The notes beneath the pieces were generated by a model. It did no database searches, was not told where the DNA came from, and worked only from the letters and a program-made list of their open reading frames with translations. From a virus, in the IMG/VR virus record IMGVR_UViG_3300043449_002204, positions 13,736 to 77,735 of that record: DNA of 64,000 bases; one strand, 5' to 3'. The position numbers and the translations under genes were made by a program. This document shows, one piece after another, positions 39,947 to 50,900 of the stretch. The stretch's first letter is position 1. Each line of letters begins with the position of its first letter.

Positions 39947-40171
39947 TTAACCGTTTAAAAGTTGTTTAACTCCGGTCATAGTTTCGACCTGAATTTTTTT
40001 ATTTTGTTTCATTGTGTTGTCGACTCTTTCAATCAAACCATCTTTCATTCTTAAAGTGTAACACTCACCAGTGTCCAAATCACAAACTTCTTTATAACCA
40101 TTACCGGTTTCTTTTTCTGTGATACGAGTATTTTTACCCAAATATCTGTCTAATACTTCTTTTGTGCTCAT
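39947..40171 (-). CDS. Small hypothetical protein
   Basis: 74-aa ORF with CDLDTGEC. The TATTTATA motif lies 12 nt upstream. Confidence 0.6.
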   Translation of the reverse strand: MSTKEVLDRYLGKNTRITEKETGNGYKEVCDLDTGECYTLRMKDGLIERVDNTMKQNKKIQVETMTGVKQLLNG

Positions 40172-40199
40172 AGTATTTTTATTTATAAATATCTAATTG

Positions 40200-43100
40200 T
40201 TAAATAAAAACAGTACTTGTTACTAATTCAGTTTTTCCTGTTCTTGAGGTGTCGGGACTTCCATCAGCAAATACCGGTACCAAATCAATGTTAAACCTAA
40301 TTTTTTCTACCAAATCATCACAATCTATGTCAAACTGAATTTCTTCAAGTGATATGAATGTTTCTTGTACATTACTACCAATTGGTGGGTCAAATATTCT
40401 AAGATTGGATTCTGTAGGCCCGAAAGCACAACTTGCCGGGGCGAGGACTCTATATGTAATTAAATATATTGCCCATTTCTGTCCTGTTGTATCGTTAATC
40501 CTTACATCCCATCCTCTTTCGCCAGTAGTTCTTTGTGTTAATGTTACTATAGATGGTGGTTGAGTTGGTGCCTGTGGATTTAATTGACCAATTACTTGCT
40601 TGTATTGAGATATCGCGTCTTTAATTTTTACTTCCAAGTTACTTAAATCAGCTGGTGGGTAAGAATTATACACACTTTCTCTACCCGAAGTGTTACTAGC
40701 AAAATTAATAATCCAAAACTTAGCAATTTCTTTTTCAGTAGAGTTGTCAGGTAAACTCACCATTCTATTTTTCCATCTTTCAACTAAAAATAAAATACTA
40801 TTATCAATATTATCAAAAGTTGCATATGGTTTATTTTCCGATGTACAGAAAAACGATTTTCTAAAATATGGACTATCACCCCAATTTTCTTCGATATTTA
40901 AACCTATAAAATTATTATTGTTTGACTTAAATCCTGTTCCATTATATGATGTTAGATATATTGATGAGAATACAGTCAATGACAAATTAACTTGTTGTGT
41001 ACTGGTTATGTTAGTTGTCTTAACGTATGAATTAATTTTATCAATAATAGTTCTAAGTGTTTCTGAAGTACTCCTAACATCCTCCTTAACAAATGTTGAA
41101 TAGTTAGTATTTGCGGTACATGATTGATTTGCAGATGCGGTACTTGCAGTTTTATCTTTTGAATCTGAATTTGTTTGGTTTTGTTGTGATTTAACATTTT
41201 CTGCCTCTTTTTGAGCTTTGTCAACCGCCTCTTTTTGTCTTTTACTTTCCTCAATTATTGAATTTAATAAATTAGTTTTCAGTATCTGTAAAAAATTATC
41301 AATCTTTGGTAACGATGCCGTTGGTTGTCTAATACCCTCAATAATTGTTTCAAAACTACCAGGATTTATTGTATGATTTACTTTTAAAATCATATACGGA
41401 CCACTAAACATAGGTACGTGTCTCAAATTAAAATACATTGTAGGTTGTATCATAGCATTACCCATCATACTTATCGTACAAGCATAACTTCTATTTTTAT
41501 ACAAATTATATAAAGATAGATTTTGTGTTGCAACCGCTCTATTACCCGCCTGATTTGCCATTTGATTTAAAATCTCTAAAGACTCAGCAGTACTTTGACT
41601 ATTACCTTGGTTGACATTAAATCCATAAAATATGGATTGATTTTGTGGACCTATATCAACACTAAAACCAACGACTTTATTTGACTTATCCCAATCTTCC
41701 TTACCTATTTGATTTTCCGACAAAGGATTACTCGATGATTTGGTAATCTCAAATGCATCATCCCTAAATCTAAAATCAACATTATCTTTAATGTCAACAA
41801 TTTCACTAGGTTTACCCCCATAAAAACAAACCATTTTTGCCGATGAATCACGATAATCGACATTCATAAATGTACCGAACAAATTATTTGCAAAATCTGA
41901 AGTACTATCTAATCTTGGTTTAGCGTTCTTTTGAGCATCTTGAATATTATAGAAATTAACGTAAGATGGTATGTTCATTACCACAAAATTATTTTCAACC
42001 AATATAGAGCTTACAAAATCAAGCATATTTTTGGTGGGGTCTATTGTCATAAGTCTATTTCTTAGTTTGTAAATGTCACATAAAACAACATCTCCAATAT
42101 TTCTACTTGCTCTGTCTAATAATAGGACATCCTCGAACAATGTTTTTTGTTTAAAGTCATTACCAGCAATCCACTTATCATTAATTGCCTTAAATGTTTC
42201 CCAAAGGTCCACTTTACTTTGTGGTCCCTCAAGCGCAGAATCTACTACTACTTCAGATTTAATACTAACATCAGGTAATTTATTTCGTAACTTAATAAAT
42301 AAACTATCAAGTATTTTATTTTGGAATTCATCTATCGTTCTTGTATATGCGTCAAATGAAGTTGATAATTTAGTCTTACTCCACTTACCTTGTGGATTAG
42401 GTGTTGACGGATATTGAGGTACTGGTGCGGTATATCTATCTATGATTGGGGGGTCCTCAAGTCCTTGAGTTGTATATATCTCAAATAAAGCCTCATTTAC
42501 TAGTCCTATATTACCCGCAGTTTTACTTATTTTTTCTCCTGTCCAAATATTTTCGTTATTTTCATTTACAAAAACTGCAAATTTTCTTGGCCCTGGTGGA
42601 CCATAAATAATAACTTTACTTCCACCTGAAAAAGTAAATATTTCTAGTATATTTTCATTAACTGGTTGTGTTGATGGTAATACAGGAGGTATCGGGTCAA
42701 CTTGGAATTGATTTAATTTTTGTGTTACATAAATTTTAATTACGGTTGCTAAATTCTTAATATTGTTCTCGGTAAACGCAACATCAAAATCTATAAAAAA
42801 ATCTGTTATATAAGAACCATTGTCTGAATAAGATACGCTAGATATATCCGAGAATCCAACATACGTTTCCAAGGCTTTCCAAGCATCAGGATAATTTGCC
42901 TTGGATTCTGTTACGGTAACGTCTCCACCACTAGACGGTAATGCGTTTGGTGTTTTTTCTTTATAACTTTCCCAAGTATATGGGTCTTGAATTTTTGTAG
43001 ATGTAAATGAATAAAAAAGTTTTTTATCATAGTTTGTTGGATTACCAAATTTGAATGCCGTGTCGTAAGTTAAAAATTTAGTTAGTACATTACCAATATT

Positions 43101-46100
43101 TGATGTTTGTCTATTTTGTACCTCAACAATAATTTGGTCTCCTGTAAATCCAGTTACTTTTGGTACTGTCATTAAACTAGTAAACAACGTTTGGAAGTTT
43201 TTAAAATTTGAATTAAGTGCTCCGTCAATGTTAGTTTGTTGGGTGGTTGAGGTGGTCGCAGTAGTTGCAGTTGAGGTACTTTGATTAGCTTGTTGACTAA
43301 AATTATCCGTCATTGCCATTGGTTTAATTAAACCACTATCAACATAATCGTATTTACAAACTGAAAAATTTAAAAACTCTTCTTCAAATTTATCTAAAAC
43401 TTCTTTTTCAAAAACTGAAAAAATATCGCTAATTTTTGTATATGTTGGTGTCGCATTTAACGTAAAATGATTTTGTTCTTCTTGATTTATAAAGATTGTT
43501 TTTAAATATTCTTCAGGTGAAGGTTTTATTAAATTATCTAAATCAAAATACCCATAATTAGGTGCCGCCCAAAACATTCTAACGGAGCCATTATACATTG
43601 CGGTATTATTATTAACTTCCTTGACAATCTTCCCATTTTTAAAACATTCATCCTGTGTTTGATTATAAGTCGAACCCTGTGATGGAAATACAAATTGATT
43701 AACTCTATTTTTATCCTCAACTAAAATACTCCAAGGTATAATTCTCAAATCACGTAAAAGATTTGTATCATCAAAACCTTCAGCATAATCAATTAAAGAT
43801 TCTTGTGAATAATTTAAACTAAGCCCTTTTAATAAGGCATCTTGTACTGATTGGTCACTATATGGAACATTATTTGCGTTAGAGATTGTAAATGAAACGT
43901 TACTAACATTTTGATTTGTTGTAATTAAATAAGTACCAGGTCCACCAGGTAATCCACTAGTTTGTGATAAAATTTGAGTTCCACCATTAATACCGTTTCC
44001 TAAAAATTCATAACCTGTTTGTAACGAGTTATGATTTACTGTTAATACTGTCAAAACATTATCAACAATACTACAAGTACCATTAATAGTTTCACTTGTA
44101 TCAATAATATTATATCCTTGGAAAAACACATTAAAATCATTAATCAATTTTGGATAAAATCCTGTATTAATTAACGACGATGTTTCTGCTCCAAATACTG
44201 TATCTTTTTGAAGTGTAATATCGAATGGGGCCCCGTTTAAAATTAATCCGTAATTTCTTGCAGGATTTGAATTCAATGGGTCAAAGTTTTGGCTAGAATT
44301 AAAATTTGCCCAAGATACGGATAATATATCGGTTCCTTTATCAACGTACTCTTTATATCTATGCCATATTGACCCTATTTTTAAAATCCAAGGATATGGT
44401 ACTCTATGTAATGCCCCAAATTTCTTTAATGATGCGAATATATAATTTAACGATGTACTAAAAACTCCTTCATCATTTGATGTTTCAAATGTTTGATATT
44501 TTTCTCGTAGTGTTGGTAATGGTAGTGAATTTAAAAATAAATAAGCCGGTACTTTATATGGATGTTTATCAAAATTCCTAAATTTATCAACCCCCTCAAC
44601 TATTGAATTGACAAAAAACGGAGTATTAAATATTGAGGTGGTTTGAGCACTTAACACCAATCCATTATAGTCAGTATAGTTAACATTACCTTCAGTAACT
44701 AATTGTTTTTTTGGTGTTCTTCCACCATAAAATGTAACAATATTTTCACCATTTACAGTTGGTACTTTATTATTCTTGTAAATAAAGTTAGTAACTAATC
44801 TTTTTTGGTCTTGAGTTGTCGCGTCTAAAAAATTTGTAATTATTTTTTTAGTAGTATTAAATGTTAATACTTTACCTGTTGAAAAAGCCTGTTTTGCATC
44901 TGAAGCTGATTGTCCATTTGCCAAACCTTGTTTACACCAAACATTACTTGTAAATGGATATATATCAGTTAAATCAAAAACATTTGATAAAGATTGACTA
45001 GATATAAAATCAACCATATCTTGTTCTTTTTCTAAACTTAATAATGGTTCTGATATTGGTGCTAATAATGTTCCTAAATCTAAAAATTCAAATTCAGAAT
45101 TTGTAGTTAAATTCTTAATATAACTAGTATTGAATATTGCTCTTAAATAATTTTGCCAGCTTTGTCCTGTACCATCATTAGAAAAATGTCTCAATGTCTG
45201 TAAATAATTTGCAGAGTTAAACCCGTAGTTTTTTAATTTTTCTAACAAAAATGGATTATTCGTTCCTAAACTTTTTGTGATATTTTCAGTTTCAGCATCT
45301 GCAATTAAATCTACTATCTTGTCTAACTCTGATAAAGAGTCGATACTTCTTGATAACTTTGAATAATTTGAAGTGAGGAATACTCTTTCATAAATTTCAA
45401 AAAAGAATTTTATCTCTTCTTTATTAAAGAAAACTCCATTGTTGATTGGGAATTCAATCGCATTAAATGATATTCTTTTTGGTTCAGTTAATTCATTAAA
45501 ATTAGTTACCTGATTTTGCGGTGGTTGAGTTCTTTCAACGTATCCTTTAATAAATTCTTCCTCGAATTCTATTTCAGGCCACACATCGTATAAGAAACCT
45601 TGTGTTCTTTGTATCACATCTCCATCACCAGGATATTTGATTTGATATTGTTCTTGACCTTTATCTCCTGTTGTTGCAATCAAAAATTGTGGCCAAGGGT
45701 AAACAGGTGTTTCGTTATCTACACCAGGATTTAACGCGTCTTGTGAAGCGCTTTCAACCTGTTTATCAAATATGGCGTTTTTTCTTGCGGGGTGATTCCT
45801 TTGATTCCAAGCTTCTCTATGAGTATCATCCATTAATCTAATAAACGCCTCACCATTCGCAAAAACAACCGCTAAAACATTCCTAATTGTTGGTACAAAT
45901 CCAATACCGTTATTTGAATTTTGTAATAAATTAGATAAAGCCTTAGTTAGTTCTTCCTCTATTTGAATTTTAAAGGCCTTTAGTTTTTTTTCTAACTGGT
46001 CTATTTCTCCAAAAAAAGTTGGGTCCAAAAAATTAGAAACATTATTTATAATTTCATTGGTATTATTTTCAAATGCAAAATATTGATAAACTATTTTAGG

Positions 46101-47585
46101 TTGTCCATCTTTTAATGTCGTATCCGAAGCGTTAAATAAGTTTCTTTTTGCAAAATCGGCCTTTAGTTCATTAATTTGGGTCGCCCCTGTTGCGGGAAAA
46201 CCTTTTATTGTTCTAAACGTTTCTTCGAAATCTATCTCATTTTCACTTTGGAATGTTCTTAAAAAAGTTTTATCATATGTTATTTTAACGGGTATAGCCG
46301 AGCGTACTTCATTATTATCTATCTTATACGAACCCTTTTCACCTAATGTTTCATTTGCCTTTAATTTACCATTGTATTTATCAATAAGGCTTTTAAGTTC
46401 CGCAATTGCGTTTTGTTTTTGTTCTGCGTTTAAATTAGATTTAAACGAATATATTTTAGTTTTAAATCCGTTAGCTAATATAAATGGAGCGGTGGTATCC
46501 ATGTATTTATTAAACCATGAAACCGATTGAGCATTATAAACATCTCTAGTATAATCATTAATTGTTCTTTGATATGTTTCGATGTCAGTTAACGGATTTA
46601 AATTTTGTTTTGTAAAATTATCTAAAACATTTTTAACAAAATTTTCAATTCTATATTGTAGTTGTATTAATGTTATTTCAGGAAAATCATCTGAAATTAA
46701 TCCTTTTGATTTATATTCGGAATATAGTTCTTTAACTTTTTCATACCCTATTTCGGCAAAACTTTGTTTGACTGGTGAGGTTGACGAACCACCACTTTCC
46801 AATGTTTTAACTTGTACACTAGATTTAAACATATGGGGAGTTGCCAATAACATACCCATTGATATTTCAGTTAACATAGTGTATTTGTATGTGTAAAATA
46901 CCAATGAAACTTCAAAATTACTAGTACTTGTATCGTATCGAGTGTTAAAGTTTTGAAGCATTAATTCTAACCTAACCGCTTTACCATAATATCCTTTTAG
47001 GGTTAAGGTAAACTTTGGATATGGCAAATTAAAAAACGCGGCGTATGGTGAGTTATTACCTGATTCAAACATCGCTCGTCCTTTAATATCAACAAGCTGA
47101 ACCGATATTACAGGTAAAAATGATGTATCTAACTTAACTGTTATATTTGTAATCCCAAGTAATCCGTTATCAACCGAGCCAGGTTTTCCTCCTGAACTTA
47201 TTGTCTGTCTTACATAAAAATCATTACTTTTATTCGGATTAGATATTGCATTTTTCTTTGGTTGATTAACTCCTTCACCTTTTACGGTATCTTTTCCTGT
47301 TATCTCATCTGTATATGAATTATCTAAAAATGTTTTGTCACCAGGTTTTAAAAAGTTGATTGATGCAATCGATACTGTCTGTATACTATCATTGTTTGCA
47401 ACCCCTAAAGCGAGTTTTGTTCTTGGTAACATTTTACATTCCAAGTTGGCATAAAATACCAAGTCCTCTTGATTTACATATCTTTCTTTAACTTTACCTT
47501 CTTCGTCAACAACTTTATTTGGGTCAACTATGGTAATATTATTATAATCAAATTCCGTTAAAATATTTTCTGGTTTACCTACCAT
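40200..47585 (-). CDS. Giant baseplate hub protein (gp27/gpD-like) with a C-terminal degenerate glucosaminidase-like domain
   Basis: 2461 aa. N-terminal LLGITNITV..FTLTLKGYYG and C-terminal MMGNAMIQPTMYF..FSGPYMILKVNHTI..FET are hub-like motifs. Follows the gp53/LysM-like gene. Confidence 0.65.
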   Translation of the reverse strand: MVGKPENILTEFDYNNITIVDPNKVVDEEGKVKERYVNQEDLVFYANLECKMLPRTKLALGVANNDSIQTVSIASINFLKPGDKTFLDNSYTDEITGKDTVKGEGVNQPKKNAISNPNKSNDFYVRQTISSGGKPGSVDNGLLGITNITVKLDTSFLPVISVQLVDIKGRAMFESGNNSPYAAFFNLPYPKFTLTLKGYYGKAVRLELMLQNFNTRYDTSTSNFEVSLVFYTYKYTMLTEISMGMLLATPHMFKSSVQVKTLESGGSSTSPVKQSFAEIGYEKVKELYSEYKSKGLISDDFPEITLIQLQYRIENFVKNVLDNFTKQNLNPLTDIETYQRTINDYTRDVYNAQSVSWFNKYMDTTAPFILANGFKTKIYSFKSNLNAEQKQNAIAELKSLIDKYNGKLKANETLGEKGSYKIDNNEVRSAIPVKITYDKTFLRTFQSENEIDFEETFRTIKGFPATGATQINELKADFAKRNLFNASDTTLKDGQPKIVYQYFAFENNTNEIINNVSNFLDPTFFGEIDQLEKKLKAFKIQIEEELTKALSNLLQNSNNGIGFVPTIRNVLAVVFANGEAFIRLMDDTHREAWNQRNHPARKNAIFDKQVESASQDALNPGVDNETPVYPWPQFLIATTGDKGQEQYQIKYPGDGDVIQRTQGFLYDVWPEIEFEEEFIKGYVERTQPPQNQVTNFNELTEPKRISFNAIEFPINNGVFFNKEEIKFFFEIYERVFLTSNYSKLSRSIDSLSELDKIVDLIADAETENITKSLGTNNPFLLEKLKNYGFNSANYLQTLRHFSNDGTGQSWQNYLRAIFNTSYIKNLTTNSEFEFLDLGTLLAPISEPLLSLEKEQDMVDFISSQSLSNVFDLTDIYPFTSNVWCKQGLANGQSASDAKQAFSTGKVLTFNTTKKIITNFLDATTQDQKRLVTNFIYKNNKVPTVNGENIVTFYGGRTPKKQLVTEGNVNYTDYNGLVLSAQTTSIFNTPFFVNSIVEGVDKFRNFDKHPYKVPAYLFLNSLPLPTLREKYQTFETSNDEGVFSTSLNYIFASLKKFGALHRVPYPWILKIGSIWHRYKEYVDKGTDILSVSWANFNSSQNFDPLNSNPARNYGLILNGAPFDITLQKDTVFGAETSSLINTGFYPKLINDFNVFFQGYNIIDTSETINGTCSIVDNVLTVLTVNHNSLQTGYEFLGNGINGGTQILSQTSGLPGGPGTYLITTNQNVSNVSFTISNANNVPYSDQSVQDALLKGLSLNYSQESLIDYAEGFDDTNLLRDLRIIPWSILVEDKNRVNQFVFPSQGSTYNQTQDECFKNGKIVKEVNNNTAMYNGSVRMFWAAPNYGYFDLDNLIKPSPEEYLKTIFINQEEQNHFTLNATPTYTKISDIFSVFEKEVLDKFEEEFLNFSVCKYDYVDSGLIKPMAMTDNFSQQANQSTSTATTATTSTTQQTNIDGALNSNFKNFQTLFTSLMTVPKVTGFTGDQIIVEVQNRQTSNIGNVLTKFLTYDTAFKFGNPTNYDKKLFYSFTSTKIQDPYTWESYKEKTPNALPSSGGDVTVTESKANYPDAWKALETYVGFSDISSVSYSDNGSYITDFFIDFDVAFTENNIKNLATVIKIYVTQKLNQFQVDPIPPVLPSTQPVNENILEIFTFSGGSKVIIYGPPGPRKFAVFVNENNENIWTGEKISKTAGNIGLVNEALFEIYTTQGLEDPPIIDRYTAPVPQYPSTPNPQGKWSKTKLSTSFDAYTRTIDEFQNKILDSLFIKLRNKLPDVSIKSEVVVDSALEGPQSKVDLWETFKAINDKWIAGNDFKQKTLFEDVLLLDRASRNIGDVVLCDIYKLRNRLMTIDPTKNMLDFVSSILVENNFVVMNIPSYVNFYNIQDAQKNAKPRLDSTSDFANNLFGTFMNVDYRDSSAKMVCFYGGKPSEIVDIKDNVDFRFRDDAFEITKSSSNPLSENQIGKEDWDKSNKVVGFSVDIGPQNQSIFYGFNVNQGNSQSTAESLEILNQMANQAGNRAVATQNLSLYNLYKNRSYACTISMMGNAMIQPTMYFNLRHVPMFSGPYMILKVNHTINPGSFETIIEGIRQPTASLPKIDNFLQILKTNLLNSIIEESKRQKEAVDKAQKEAENVKSQQNQTNSDSKDKTASTASANQSCTANTNYSTFVKEDVRSTSETLRTIIDKINSYVKTTNITSTQQVNLSLTVFSSIYLTSYNGTGFKSNNNNFIGLNIEENWGDSPYFRKSFFCTSENKPYATFDNIDNSILFLVERWKNRMVSLPDNSTEKEIAKFWIINFASNTSGRESVYNSYPPADLSNLEVKIKDAISQYKQVIGQLNPQAPTQPPSIVTLTQRTTGERGWDVRINDTTGQKWAIYLITYRVLAPASCAFGPTESNLRIFDPPIGSNVQETFISLEEIQFDIDCDDLVEKIRFNIDLVPVFADGSPDTSRTGKTELVTSTVFI

Positions 47586-47901
47586 AGTAGAAGAAATGGT
47601 TTTCTAATGCGTTTTTATAGTCTTGTAATGAAGCTACTAAAGGAAAAGGAATTGTCAATATAGAACCATCGGCAATATTCCATTCTTGTCCTCCGTATAT
47701 TGGGTTGGCCATCAATATTAACCATCCAAAATATGGAGCGCCATAGTACTGTTGTGATATTTTATCCAATCTAGTCTGACCTATTTTATATATAAATCTT
47801 TTATCGGTAGATTTACTAGGTAAATTAACATAAGGTACAACAGTCTGTTGTCCATTAATAACAAAATTGTTATATCTATTATAATATTGTCTGCCGGCCA
47901 T
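47575..47901 (-). CDS. LysM-like baseplate protein (T4 gp53 / P2 gpX-like)
   Basis: TRLDKISQQYYGAPYFGWLILMANP..GSILTIP. Confidence 0.85.
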   Translation of the reverse strand: MAGRQYYNRYNNFVINGQQTVVPYVNLPSKSTDKRFIYKIGQTRLDKISQQYYGAPYFGWLILMANPIYGGQEWNIADGSILTIPFPLVASLQDYKNALENHFFYYGR

Positions 47902-47903
47902 CT

Positions 47904-50900
47904 TTATTTAAATTTAAATGGATTTAAATATAAGTCTTTAATTTTTTCACCATTTGCCTGAACATCGGCATTTGGTGTTGTATTATAATCACATTTTCTT
48001 AACTTACCTTTGACATATAATTTTTCATCTAAACCATCAACAAAACCTTTATATTCAGAATCTCTTTTTAAATCTTTAAAGTATTTTTCTTCATCCCTCT
48101 TTTCTTTTTTATACCTATCGCCAACATCGTCAACAATTCTTCTAACCCTTCTTGCTAATTGATTGTCTCCTTCAACACCCTTTAAAAGGGCGGTGTTAAA
48201 TTCATCTAGTTTTGTATTATTTGTCAATATATCGGCTATTACAATATAAAAATATTTATCATACTCATCAATTAATTCACTATTAGAGAATGGTTGTTCA
48301 AAATCACCATCATAATAAGTATTAGTAAATACCGCATATGTTACCGTCATTAAATCATCAAAATCAGGTAATAAATCTATGAAGCTTTGAAAATCTTCTC
48401 TTAACTCATCTAAGGTATCGGCTGGTGCGGTTTCGCTAGCCGCTGAAACCTCACTAGTTCCTGAAATATTATATACTCTTGGTACATTACCTGATAATAA
48501 TTTACCATCGATTGCTTGTGAAACTAAACTAACTTTTCTAACTGTTTGATAAAAATCTTGTTGGAAAATTGTAATTCCTTGTACTATCGTAGATACGTTA
48601 TTAGAAAATGTAGGTTGTAATGCCTTTAAATAATTATTTAAATTATTTTTAAGATTATCTAAAATAATACCGCTATACGAACTTCCGTGTTTAACAACAA
48701 ACTCACTAATAATTGGATTGTATTCTTCATTAACTGATTCAATGTTTGATTGAAATAATGAATTTATACTTGTTTCATAGTCAGATGGGTTACCGTATAT
48801 TTTTACAACATTATCGTCTCCTCCATTTTTAGTTGGTAAATCAGTGCTTGATGAATTAATATCTCTTCTATCATTAAGTAATGTTAATAATCCATAGTTA
48901 TTTTGTAGTACTACTTTTTCTAATTGATTAACTATTGTTGTAAAATAATCTTTGGTATTATCATACAATTTATCCATAATATCTTTATATCCAATCTCAC
49001 CTGTTTGCCCACTAGCAACAGGAATATTAGTTATAATAGTACCAATAGTAGAACCACCATCATTTGGTTGTTGGTTATTAACGTCTGCGGCTGTTGCCGG
49101 TTGTTCTCCGTCTAATACACCTTGTACTAATGTTTTGTCTAAAGCTGAAGTATCTTCAGTAAATACCGCTCTTTCATCATAAACTTCAGTATTACCATAA
49201 TAGTTAAATGATAATGCGTTTTGTAATTGCTCAACAGGTTTAGCAATACCTTGTCCTCCAATTATATTAAAGGACATTGATATGTTTGCTAACATAGGTT
49301 GTACTCCAATTCCCTCAGGATTTAAGTCAAACACTAAAGGTTCATAACCAATCTGCAAACTTGTCGGTATTATCTTGGTATGAAAAAAGTCACCAATTCT
49401 TAATATAAGAACAGGTGGAGCACCAAATGAAGTATTAACCGCATCATTATATTTTGGATTACCGTCAGTGCCAATTACAGGTATTGTTTCACCAGGTCTA
49501 ACACATTGATTTAAAAATGTTAATCGAGCATTTAATCCTTCAGGTGTCATCGAGTGAAATGCCGGATTAAAGTATTTTACTTTTTCCTGTATTGAATCGT
49601 ACACAAACGGGTTAGTCTCTTTAATAACCTCAAAATAATCACATTCAGAAAATAATTGTCTTAATATTTTTTTACCAATACCATCTTTTAATTTTTTAAC
49701 AATATCTACAGTTGGTTGTGGTTGTGGCGGATATTGGGTTATTGTGGTCGCGGAAGTTCTAGTTTCAGTAGTCTTTACAGGAGTTGGGTCAGGTTTAGGT
49801 GGTGGTGGGGGTGGTGGTGATGGTACAACATTTATATTAGATATTCTAACTCTTCTGCAAGCCATTGCACTAACAGAGTATGTTTGTGAATTAGTAGTTA
49901 CTTTATTATTTTTATCTTTGATATCCTCAGTACAATTTACAGACCCTTGAGTTCCTGAATCCCTGCTTTGTTCAGTTGTTGTTCCGGTTGTTACTTCACT
50001 GGAATATTGAGGTATCGTGATTGATTCGCCAGCACCTTGTTCAGATATTATTTTAAAAGTTTGGTCATCTAAGTATTGTCCAAATCGATTATTTCTAAAA
50101 TAATTTTTTATAGAATCAATTCGTCTTTTTGATAATGCTTCGTTATATTGAGGACTCGCCGTTGCTGAGGCCGAACCAACCATAGTAATACTAATAGTTC
50201 CTTTTTTATTTTCTAAAATATCTAAAGCTTCAGGTATAAATCCTGTTTGTATTGTTCTATAATTGTCTTCAATGATTGTTGTAAAAAATACATCCGTATT
50301 TGCTTCAGGATTACCCGCGGCAAATGTTACGGAAGCCGTAGAACTATAAGTCGATTTTTGACCAAGATATGTATTATACGCGGTTTGAAAATCTTCACTC
50401 GTTGTTGTAACATTTTTATCTTTTGGTCCAGGTACATCATTATCAAAATAAAATGCAAATCCTAAGTACTTTGAATTAAACTCTGACAATGAAGTATCTT
50501 CAGCAACTTGTGGTACTTCTTCGGCCACACCAGGAGTATAAACATCGACAGTATATTCGGTAGGTATCTCCCGTTTAACACCCGCAAGTTCTTCAGGTGT
50601 CAATCTTGGATTATTAATAATCTCTTGGTAAGTATATAAATCCTTAGATGGTATTGTATTGAATTTTTTTGCCAATTCATATATATCATATTTAACACAT
50701 CCAGCAAAAAATGAATCGATAATTGAATTAACTCTTTCTTTATTTTGTCCTTTTAATTGTTTTTCAATAATCGCATTAATAACCGAAGGACTATCCACTA
50801 TAATTTTCCAACTTAATTGTCCTGTTCTACTAGTATCTTTATATGTATAAATTGGTTCAGGTCTACCAAGGAATGATGTTGGATTCCAATTTGCCGAACT

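Noticed and set aside
39425-39958. 177-aa plus-strand Gly/Ala-rich ORF
   Set aside because: It is the antisense shadow of the Pro/Ala-rich gene.
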